The notes under the pieces were generated by a model. That model did not search any database. It had not been told where the DNA came from and saw only the letters and a list, made by a program, of their open reading frames with translations. A stretch of DNA of 13,933 nucleotides from a virus. The stretch lies in the UHGV virus genome UHGV-0092352; one strand, 5' to 3'. Below are positions 1 to 6,323 of this stretch, piece after piece. Within the stretch, counting starts at the first letter, position 1. Each line of letters begins with the position of its first letter. The translations under genes were made by a program, and so were the position numbers.

Positions 1-1776
1 ACTGTTGTTGTTGAACCAGAATATTACTTTGTCATTGCGCTGGCCGGACAGTCAAACGGCATGGCGTATGGTGAAGGCCTGCCGCTGCCGGAGACATATG
101 ACCGTCCGGACCCGCGTATTAAACAGCTGGCGCGTCGCAGTACGGTGACGCCGGGTGGTGCCGCCTGTAAATATAACGACATCATTCCGGCAGACCACTG
201 TCTGCATGATGTGCAGGATATGAGTAACCTGAATCATCCTGAAGCGGACCTTAATAAAGGGCAGTACGGTTGTGTGGGGCATGCTCTGCATGTTGCCAAA
301 AAGCTGCTGCCGTTTATGCCTGCGAATGCGGGTATCCTTCTTGTTCCATGTGGCCGTGGCGATTCGGGATTTACTGCGGGAGCAGAGGGCGCGTTTAATG
401 AGGCGTCGGGTGCGACAGCGGGCTCTTCCCTGTGGGGGGTGGATAAACCGTTGTATCGTGACCTGGTCAGCAGAACGCGTGCAGCCCTGAAGAAAAATCC
501 GAAAAACGTGCTGTTGTCGGTGATCTGGATGCAGGGGGAAAAAGATGTCAGTTCGGGGAGACATGCAGAACACAATGCGCTTTTCCTTGCCATGGTAAAT
601 CAGTACCGTGCAGACCTGGCAGATATTGCAGACCAGTGTATTGGCGGGACAACGTCCGGCGTCCCGTGGATTTGCGGTGACACCACGTACGACTGGAAGG
701 CGAAGTATGCAGTGCAGTATGAGGCGGTTTACGGAGGCTATAAAGGCAAGGCGGCGCAGAATATTCACTTTGTGCCGTTGATGACGGATGAGCATGGTGT
801 GAATGTGCCGACAAACGAGCCGTCAGAAGATCCGGACATTATCCCGGCGGGATACTATGGCGCTGCGTCACGCACTGCCAGTAACTGGACGTCAGCCGAT
901 CGTAAAACGCACTTCAGCTCCTGGGCGCGAAGAGGCATTGTTTCAGATCGGCTGGCAGGAGAGATACTGGTGCGAGCCGGGCGTTTGCTGCCGTTCCTGA
1001 GCGGGCAGTCTGCACCGCTGGCGACCACGCCAGCCTCCACGGGGGATGCACAGTCTGGCTCTGCGGGTCCGACGCAACAGCAGGGTGCAGGTATTTCTGC
1101 AGGCGGTCATACTGAAGCCGTAACAAGAATGGTGGCCGGATATGATGCGAACAGTGGCAGTGGTGTATGGACAGAGCAGCAGTGGAATGCGTCCGGTGGT
1201 AAAGGCACTGTGACGGATGACAGTGGCAGGAAGGCGCTGCGACTGGAAAAACAGCCGGGTAAACTGACCTCCTGGAAGATGTTCCGTACTGTTGCGGTGG
1301 AGGAGGCAAAAAATCTTCTCAGTAAGGGAGGTGAAATTGCCGTGCGGTTTAAGATCCCGGAGGGTGTCGAACTGGTTAACGGTCAGTTTGTCTTTGGTCT
1401 GTACTGGCCGGTGTCGCAGTGGGCGTCAGGCGCGACAGCAAACAGCATGCTGGCGTCCTTCTTCCTTCAGACGGATGCATCAAATCTGAATCTGATGTAC
1501 CACAAGGGGGAGTCGAATGCGCAACTGGGCACATTTGGGGCATTTGACCATAACTGGCATACAGTTGTTTTCCGCTTTGCGGGAAATAACAGCGAAAAAG
1601 TGGTGCCGGTGATTGATGATGCAGAGCAGTCTGCGTTTGACCTGGTGATGTGGACAAATGATGGCTTTACAGCAGATACGCTGACGCTGACAGATATCAC
1701 GGGGGCAAAAGCGACGTATCCGATACTGCTTGATACGGTCACAGTCAAAGTTAACGAAAGCCGGGCATCATCATAA
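1..1776 (+). CDS. 5'-truncated prophage late-region SGNH/SASA-type esterase (NanS-p-like sialate O-acetylesterase) with C-terminal lectin-like domain
   Basis: Frame 1 is open from base 1 with no stop before the listed ORF, so the gene begins upstream of the window. The first codons give ...VIALAGQSNGMAYGEG, the GQSN catalytic block of SASA/SGNH esterases. Stop TAA at 1774-1776. Position directly upstream of S/R/Rz matches where nanS-p sits in Stx-type prophages (from memory). Confidence 0.7.
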   Translation, partial: TVVVEPEYYFVIALAGQSNGMAYGEGLPLPETYDRPDPRIKQLARRSTVTPGGAACKYNDIIPADHCLHDVQDMSNLNHPEADLNKGQYGCVGHALHVAKKLLPFMPANAGILLVPCGRGDSGFTAGAEGAFNEASGATAGSSLWGVDKPLYRDLVSRTRAALKKNPKNVLLSVIWMQGEKDVSSGRHAEHNALFLAMVNQYRADLADIADQCIGGTTSGVPWICGDTTYDWKAKYAVQYEAVYGGYKGKAAQNIHFVPLMTDEHGVNVPTNEPSEDPDIIPAGYYGAASRTASNWTSADRKTHFSSWARRGIVSDRLAGEILVRAGRLLPFLSGQSAPLATTPASTGDAQSGSAGPTQQQGAGISAGGHTEAVTRMVAGYDANSGSGVWTEQQWNASGGKGTVTDDSGRKALRLEKQPGKLTSWKMFRTVAVEEAKNLLSKGGEIAVRFKIPEGVELVNGQFVFGLYWPVSQWASGATANSMLASFFLQTDASNLNLMYHKGESNAQLGTFGAFDHNWHTVVFRFAGNNSEKVVPVIDDAEQSAFDLVMWTNDGFTADTLTLTDITGAKATYPILLDTVTVKVNESRASS

Positions 1777-1781
1777 CCGGC

Positions 1782-1818
1782 AAAAAAAACCGCCAGCGGC
1801 AGGAACGGAAGCTGGCGG
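1782..1818 (-). terminator. Intrinsic terminator read on the minus strand (stem CCGCCAGC / GCTGGCGG followed by U8)
   Basis: Perfect 8-bp GC-rich stem at 1790-1797 / 1811-1818 with a 13-nt loop. The A8 run at 1782-1789 on the + strand becomes a U8 tail on the minus strand. On the + strand the stem is followed by AGGTAATCCC, so it is not a + terminator. Confidence 0.5.
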
Positions 1819-1915
1819 AGGTAATCCCAATGGAGAATGTAAAGAAAAGATGCTTTCGTATATCGGTTTTTTAAATGAAAACAGTTCTCATTGTCAACCA
1901 TAACGGTAAGAAACT

Positions 1916-2110
1916 ATGACATTTGTTCATCAGGTGATGCTGTACTTCTGTACGGCGGTCTGTGTGCTGTATCTTCTTTCGGGTGGGTACAGGGCAGTGC
2001 GCGATTTCTGGCGCAGGCAGATTGATAAAAGGGCCGCAGAGAAAATCAGCGCCAGTCAGTCAGCCGGAGCAAAAACAGAAGCCCCACTCATTCCGGAACA
2101 ACCTTCTTAA
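1916..2110 (+). CDS. Small hypothetical membrane protein (64 aa; N-terminal hydrophobic helix, charged tail)
   Basis: ORF MTFVHQVMLYFCTAVCVLYLLSGGY... with one predicted TM segment. Weak SD (TAAGAAA) before ATG 1916; an alternative start is the internal ATG at Met8. Double stop TAATAA. Confidence 0.4.
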   Translation: MTFVHQVMLYFCTAVCVLYLLSGGYRAVRDFWRRQIDKRAAEKISASQSAGAKTEAPLIPEQPS

Positions 2111-2135
2111 TAACCCCTTTCAACGAGAAAATCCT

Positions 2136-2426
2136 ATGTCAGAAATAAAATCGCTGGTCACTGCTGAGGCAGTGAAGGAAGTCCTGCGCTCTGAAGAAGT
2201 CCGGAGCGCACTGAAACAGCAACTTCGGCAGAACCTTGAGGCGCGTCTTGATGCAGAAGTGGATTCAATTCTGGATGAATTGCTTGGTGCACAGCCGGAA
2301 CCATCCCCGGAACTGCTTCCGGAACCACAGGCGGAAGATGTCACCACGGAAAATGGTGATATTCAGCCGGAGTCACCGGTGACGGATATGACAGACACAC
2401 AACCCGAACCGGGCACAATGCTGTAA
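2136..2426 (+). CDS. Hypothetical acidic protein (96 aa; helical N-terminus, Pro/Glu-rich tail)
   Basis: ATG at 2136 (MSEIKSLV...) preceded by GAGAAA 5 nt upstream. The listed ORF start at 1962 is upstream read-through in the same frame. A terminator-like hairpin follows 10 nt after the stop. Confidence 0.5.
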   Translation: MSEIKSLVTAEAVKEVLRSEEVRSALKQQLRQNLEARLDAEVDSILDELLGAQPEPSPELLPEPQAEDVTTENGDIQPESPVTDMTDTQPEPGTML

Positions 2427-2435
2427 CGGCGGGGC

Positions 2436-2478
2436 AGGGCCATCAGTAAAGAGCTGGTGGCCCTTTTGTTGTTGTGAG
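2436..2478 (+). terminator. Rho-independent terminator-like hairpin immediately upstream of the holin gene
   Basis: 11-bp stem (2436-2446 AGGGCCATCAG / 2454-2464 CTGGTGGCCCT, one G-U pair), 7-nt loop, then the T-rich tract TTTGTTGTTGTG. Confidence 0.5.
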
Positions 2479-2501
2479 CTTCCGAGTACGGGAGACGGGG
2501 T

Positions 2502-2717
2502 ATGTACCAGATGGAAAAAATCACAACAGGTGTGTCATACACCACGTCAGCGGTGGGAACGGGCTACTGGTTCCTGCAGTTGCTGGACAGGGTTTCCCCG
2601 TCTCAGTGGGCGGCAATAGGCGTGCTGGGGAGTCTGCTGTTTGGGCTGCTGACATATCTGACTAACCTGTATTTCAAAATCAGAGAGGACCGTCGTAAGG
2701 CAGCGCGGGGAGAGTAA
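2502..2717 (+). CDS. S: Pinholin, S21-like class II holin with dual-start motif (holin/antiholin)
   Basis: 71-aa protein [10 protein letters not shown]... with two TM segments ([14 protein letters not shown]; [18 protein letters not shown]) and a charged C-terminus [11 protein letters not shown], closely resembling phage 21 / 933W S as I recall it. Two in-frame starts, ATG 2502 and ATG 2511 (Met1/Met4). GGAG 7 nt upstream of 2502. Confidence 0.85.
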   Translation: MYQMEKITTGVSYTTSAVGTGYWFLQLLDRVSPSQWAAIGVLGSLLFGLLTYLTNLYFKIREDRRKAARGE

Positions 2718-2721
2718 GGCG

Positions 2722-3252
2722 ATGAATAAACAATACAAACTGGTTGTTAAAGGGATAAATAATTACCCGGATAAGATTACTGCTACTGTGGCACTGGAAA
2801 TTGGTGGGTATCCGTCACTGTTGTTGCCATATGTGGCGATTAGTCTTGACCGTACTGAAGGTGCCACGCTGGAGTTTTACGAAGCTGAGGCGAAAAAACA
2901 GGCGAAGCAGTTTTTCATGGATATTGCTGCCGCTTTATGTGAAGGGGATGAGCAGTCGCCGGAAAAGCGCCCCATAATTTTAGAGGCGCAGGATGTGTTG
3001 ATAACCTACAGAGGAAAACTACCGGGAATAATTACGGGTTCTCTGAAGACGCCACCGACGGCATTGCGGTCAGAAAACGATGATATTGAATCACGCATTG
3101 AAAAACTGGAGTGCTATATCGCTGAATTGAAAAAAAGCATCCCAACAAAAAATGAGGTGCTTGCAGCAGATGAAATGAAAGAAACTATTCTTGATCGCGC
3201 GGCGCATCTAAGCTGCGCTTCACTGTTGAAAGAGCATCTTCAGCAGCCTTGA
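2722..3252 (+). CDS. Hypothetical protein (176 aa) inserted between holin and endolysin; function unknown
   Basis: ATG 2722 lies 4 nt after the S stop, with GGGAGAG 8 nt upstream (translationally coupled position). GC content is clearly lower than flanking phage genes (about 40% in the first 120 nt by hand count). No motif I recognise; N-terminal beta-like region and C-terminal helical region. Confidence 0.6.
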   Translation: MNKQYKLVVKGINNYPDKITATVALEIGGYPSLLLPYVAISLDRTEGATLEFYEAEAKKQAKQFFMDIAAALCEGDEQSPEKRPIILEAQDVLITYRGKLPGIITGSLKTPPTALRSENDDIESRIEKLECYIAELKKSIPTKNEVLAADEMKETILDRAAHLSCASLLKEHLQQP

Positions 3253-3485
3253 GGAATCTTTTATCATCACGAGCAACTGTCTTTGGTATTTCTTTAATTA
3301 GATGTTCCATTTCGGCGATCAGGTAATCTGACACAGCGTTATTTTTACTTAGTGCATCCATTGCTTTGATTATCTTTGCGAGGCAGCCATCTCGCATTGT
3401 TGAGTTTACGCCAGTGCCCACCACTGGCGGGCTGAAGACTTAACATATCCAGGGATTCGGAACCGATAAATCCTGATAAATATCC

Positions 3486-4019
3486 ATGAACGCAAAAATC
3501 AGATACGGCCTGTCGGCTGCCATTCTGGCGCTGATTACTGCAGGCGCATCTGCGCCTGACATTCTCGACCAGTTTCTGGATGAAAAAGAAGGTAACCACA
3601 CCACAGCATACCGTGATGGTTCTGGTATATGGACCATCTGCCGTGGTGCCACCCGGGTGGATGGTAAGCCTGTCGTCCCCGGCATGAAGTTGTCGAAGGA
3701 AAAATGCGACCAGGTTAACGCCATTGAGCGTGATAAAGCGCTGGCGTGGGTGGAGAAAAACATCAGAGTGCCGCTGACCGAACCCCAGAAAGCGGGGATC
3801 GCGTCATTCTGTCCGTACAACATTGGTCCCGGTAAGTGTTTCCCGTCGACGTTTTATAAACGAATTAATGCAGGCGATCGCAGGGGGGCGTGTGAGGCGA
3901 TTCGCTGGTGGATTAAGGACGGTGGCAGAGACTGCCGTATTCGCTCAAACAACTGTTACGGTCAGGTATCCCGTCGTGACCAGGAGAGCGCGCTGGCGTG
4001 CTGGGGAATCGACAGATAA
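3486..4019 (+). CDS. R: SAR endolysin (T4-lysozyme-like muramidase, GH24) with N-terminal signal-anchor-release domain
   Basis: N-terminus MNAKIRYGLSAAILALITAGASAP is a Gly/Ala-rich SAR helix. Catalytic E-8aa-D-5aa-T spacing is present (EGNHTTAYRD...GSGIWT). Resembles 933W / phage 21 R from memory. No recognisable SD precedes ATG 3486. Confidence 0.9.
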   Translation: MNAKIRYGLSAAILALITAGASAPDILDQFLDEKEGNHTTAYRDGSGIWTICRGATRVDGKPVVPGMKLSKEKCDQVNAIERDKALAWVEKNIRVPLTEPQKAGIASFCPYNIGPGKCFPSTFYKRINAGDRRGACEAIRWWIKDGGRDCRIRSNNCYGQVSRRDQESALACWGIDR

Positions 4020-4109
4020 GCAGAATATTTTGCTGAAAAATGCCGTTGGTCAACGCGGGCGGATAACACGAAGTCCTGTGAACTGGCAAAACCTAAGTGA
4101 ATAAAAGTA

Positions 4110-4150
4110 AAAACCCCGTTTGTTGGCAGCAAGCGGGGTTTTGTGTTTCT
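4110..4150. terminator. Bidirectional intrinsic terminator between R and the downstream small genes
   Basis: Stem AAAACCCCG (4110-4118) / CGGGGTTTT (4134-4142), extendable through inner pairs to about 15 bp. A-rich tract on the left and U-rich tract (GTGTTTCT) on the right, so it looks like a terminator in both orientations. Confidence 0.6.
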
Positions 4151-4175
4151 GACCTTGGATAAGGCAAGGGAGAAC

Positions 4176-4358
4176 ATGGAAAAGTATAAACGAATTCTGT
4201 TGAGGTTGACTATGAAAAACGGCCTTGAACTGAAAGCGCCTGTAACTGATGACATCAGCAGAGCACTGGCTTTTGCCATTAAGTGGGTGGCGGTCGGTGT
4301 TGCTGTGTCCCCGATGCTGTATGGGCTGGCAAAACTGGTCATTGCGTTGAAATCGTGA
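4176..4358 (+). CDS. Small hypothetical membrane protein (60 aa, C-terminal TM helix)
   Basis: ATG 4176 (MEKYKRILLRL...) preceded by AAGGGAG. C-terminal hydrophobic segment AFAIKWVAVGVAVSPMLYGLAKLVIAL. The listed ORF start at 4143 (GTG) is less likely. Confidence 0.4.
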   Translation: MEKYKRILLRLTMKNGLELKAPVTDDISRALAFAIKWVAVGVAVSPMLYGLAKLVIALKS

Positions 4359-4372
4359 AGGGAGGATTAAGC

Positions 4373-4504
4373 ATGTCAGACAAACTCATAACGCTGGCGA
4401 AGATCCTCTGTGTAATTGTCGGCATTTCATTTTCACTAATGCTGGTTGCCATTTTCTTTTCCACCGCCTGGCGAGTCCTGACGTTATCGGGACTGGTGGG
4501 GTGA
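4373..4504 (+). CDS. Small hypothetical membrane protein (43 aa, single TM helix)
   Basis: Strong SD GAAGGGAGGA 5 nt before ATG 4373. [33 protein letters not shown]... is a single TM helix. Stop TGA at 4502-4504, 7 nt before the Rz start. Confidence 0.5.
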   Translation: MSDKLITLAKILCVIVGISFSLMLVAIFFSTAWRVLTLSGLVG

Positions 4505-4511
4505 AAGAGAG

Positions 4512-4979
4512 ATGAGCCGTGTTCTGTGTGTGGTGATTATTGTCCTGGCGGGTGGCTGTGGTGCGCTGTGGCTGGCAACAGACCATTACCGCGATAACGC
4601 CATCACCTACAAAGCGCAGCGCGATAAAAAAGCCAGAGAGCTGGAGCTGGCAAACGCCACCATTACTGATATGCAGGTGCGCCAGCGCGATGTTGCTGCG
4701 CTCGATGCAAAATACTCGAGGGAATTAGCCGATGCGAGAGCTGAAAATGAAACTCTGCGTGCTGATGTTGCCGCTGGTCGTAAGCGCCTGCGGATCAACG
4801 CCACCTGCTCCGGTACCGTGCGTGAAGCCACCGGCACCTCCGGCATGGATAATGCAACCGGCCCCCGACTGGCAGACACCGCTGAACGGGATTATTTCAC
4901 CCTCAGAGAGCGGTTGATGACAATGCAGAAGCAACTGGAAGGGGCGCAGGACTATATCCGCACTCAGTGTATTAACTAG
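4512..4979 (+). CDS. Rz: i-spanin Rz (inner-membrane spanin subunit)
   Basis: 155 aa with N-terminal TM ([19 protein letters not shown]) and a coiled-coil periplasmic domain. SD GAAAGAGAG upstream. Typical position after the endolysin; Rz1 is embedded in the +1 frame. Confidence 0.85.
   Translation: MSRVLCVVIIVLAGGCGALWLATDHYRDNAITYKAQRDKKARELELANATITDMQVRQRDVAALDAKYSRELADARAENETLRADVAAGRKRLRINATCSGTVREATGTSGMDNATGPRLADTAERDYFTLRERLMTMQKQLEGAQDYIRTQCIN
4732..4917 (+). CDS. Rz1: o-spanin Rz1 (outer-membrane lipoprotein, nested within Rz)
   Basis: [20 protein letters not shown] has a lipobox (VSAC) followed by a proline-rich mature region ([36 protein letters not shown]), very similar to lambda Rz1 as I recall it. 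Entirely inside Rz in a different frame. Confidence 0.8.
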   Translation: MRELKMKLCVLMLPLVVSACGSTPPAPVPCVKPPAPPAWIMQPAPDWQTPLNGIISPSESG

Positions 4980-5002
4980 TATTTTTGTTATCCGGAGAAT
5001 GC

Positions 5003-5227
5003 ATGAAGAAATTACTGGTAACCGTAAAGCCTTTTCAGGGAACAATTCCGTTCCGTATTTTGCAGCGTGGTCGTGTTCTTGTTGAAGGTTCGTTCAGTGG
5101 TAAATGTACGCAATTACACTCCCGGACCTTTCAGGTGAATGCCACGAATGAAGAGCTAACCGTTGAGTGTACGATGAATGCCGCTAAATGCCGCATGGTA
5201 TCCGCTGCATTACAGCCAGTGTGTTGA
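5003..5227 (+). CDS. Hypothetical small protein (74 aa), function unknown
   Basis: ATG 5003 with GGAG 5 nt upstream (MKKLLVTVKPFQGTIPFRILQRG...). No signal peptide or lipobox, so not obviously Bor-like. Confidence 0.45.
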   Translation: MKKLLVTVKPFQGTIPFRILQRGRVLVEGSFSGKCTQLHSRTFQVNATNEELTVECTMNAAKCRMVSAALQPVC

Positions 5228-5425
5228 GCGACCTTATTATCCATGCGCGGTATTGTCGCCGTATTCCTGCATTAACAGAGACCGCAGCCCGACAGGGAGA
5301 CTCCTCTGCGAGAGTGTGCGGGGATAATCAAAAACGATACACACCGGGGTTTACCGCGTTAACGGAGCGCGGCGTTGTCCCCTCATAGTCGCCTGTCCGG
5401 TGCGATGGTGGAAGAAACCGAACGT

Positions 5426-5626
5426 TCATTTCTCGTTATTTTTCATGCTGGCCGGGCGCAGATGCGTTGCATCTGTTGCCAGCCTTCTCCTGCAGGCTTC
5501 AATAACCCACGCTGAAAAGTTACCGGATCCTTTATGCTCAAGGGCGATGTTGATCTGTTCAATCATGTGATTGGGGAAACGGATATTGCGGGTTGTGGTT
5601 CTGCGGGTCCGGTTTTTCGATGACAT
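5426..5626 (-). CDS. YlcI/YnfO-family (DUF3950-like) small prophage protein; putative ribbon-helix-helix-like DNA binder
   Basis: Minus-strand ORF. Best start is ATG at 5626 (MSSKNRTRRTTTRNIRFPNHMIEQINIALEHKGSGNFSAWVIEACRRRL...) with AGGAA SD (TAAAGGAAATAAAT ATG). The same family and position (between lysis genes and terminase) occur in E. coli DLP12/Qin prophages, from memory. Confidence 0.7.
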   Translation of the reverse strand: MSSKNRTRRTTTRNIRFPNHMIEQINIALEHKGSGNFSAWVIEACRRRLATDATHLRPASMKNNEK

Positions 5627-5667
5627 ATTTATTTCCTTTACTGATTGCCATATGACGGGGATTTTAC

Positions 5668-6033
5668 ATGGCTCAGCTTCGTACACTCCAGAGCAGAATC
5701 AAAACACTGAATACCCGACGGGTGAATATTCTGAAGGGGGAGCAGCGTCGTGTCAGTGGCAGTGCACGTGTTTCCCTCAAGCGTCATATCTGGCTGAGGG
5801 ACGCCGGGCAGTGCTGTATCTGTGGTCGTGTGGTTGACCTCTGTGACAGTGAACTTGATCACCGAATTGCACTTCAGTTCGGTGGTGGTAATGAGGAGAC
5901 GAATCTCTGGACGCTCTGTACCGAATGCCATCGACAAAAGTCTGCTCGTGAAGCGGCGGGTGGTATGCCGGACCCGACGCTGCCGGAGGTGTCCGGAGGT
6001 AGTGGCAGAGCGGACGACATCATCGGACTGTAA
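5668..6033 (+). CDS. HNH endonuclease (terminase-associated)
   Basis: Zinc-finger HNH signature: CCICGR...DHRIALQFGG...N...CTECHRQK. Located immediately upstream of the terminase genes, as in HK97/P27-type packaging modules. Confidence 0.85.
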   Translation: MAQLRTLQSRIKTLNTRRVNILKGEQRRVSGSARVSLKRHIWLRDAGQCCICGRVVDLCDSELDHRIALQFGGGNEETNLWTLCTECHRQKSAREAAGGMPDPTLPEVSGGSGRADDIIGL

Positions 6034-6125
6034 CCCGACCCGGGGGGGGGATCATCCGGCGTAAAAAACGATCGCTTTGGACACCGCGCCCCCTCTCACG
6101 CAGAGAAAAAATTCCCGTTTCAGGG

Positions 6126-6251
6126 CAGTTAACATGTTAACTGGCTGCCCGGGCATTTTTGCGGTTTTTATCTTTATTATTCAGTTTGTTGTGCGGAAAA
6201 AATGTTAACTGGCTTTTTCAGCAAATGTTAACCAGGCAGCAGTTAACATTT
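6126..6251. promoter_or_regulatory. Cluster of GTTAAC-centred palindromes / direct repeats; candidate terminase-binding (cosB-like) or operator region
   Basis: Perfect 18-bp palindrome CAGTTAACATGTTAACTG (6126-6143). ATGTTAACTGGCT repeated at 6134-6146 and 6202-6214. Inverted pair AAATGTTAAC (6223-6232) ... GTTAACATTT (6242-6251). Sits in the 290-bp noncoding gap between the HNH and small-terminase genes. Confidence 0.4.
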
Positions 6252-6323
6252 GCGGCATGAGACGCCGGGAAAAATGGGCTGAACCATACCCGGCTGAGTG
6301 CGTTCTGGACCCGGGAGGAGGCT

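Noticed and set aside
52-795. 247-aa minus-strand ORF, plus other antisense ORFs at 234-593, 548-814 and 914-1309
   Set aside because: They lie wholly antisense within the esterase gene, whose + frame has the catalytic GQSN motif and continuous protein-like sequence. Typical spurious antisense frames in GC-rich coding DNA.
1467-1901. 144-aa minus-strand ORF overlapping the 3' end of the esterase gene
   Set aside because: It crosses the minus-strand terminator hairpin (1782-1818) and is mostly antisense to a well-supported gene. No SD at its start.
1962-2135. Extended N-terminus of the acidic ORF (listed ORF start 1962)
   Set aside because: It overlaps the 1916-2110 ORF, is Cys/Gly-rich and unprotein-like, and ATG 2136 has its own SD.
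3345-3599. 84-aa minus-strand ORF overlapping the endolysin start
   Set aside because: It overlaps the well-supported R N-terminus on the opposite strand and has no start context.
5188-5388. 66-aa + strand ORF in the gap after the 74-aa gene
   Set aside because: It overlaps the end of the 5003-5227 ORF in another frame, has no SD and is not protein-like. More likely noncoding 3' region.
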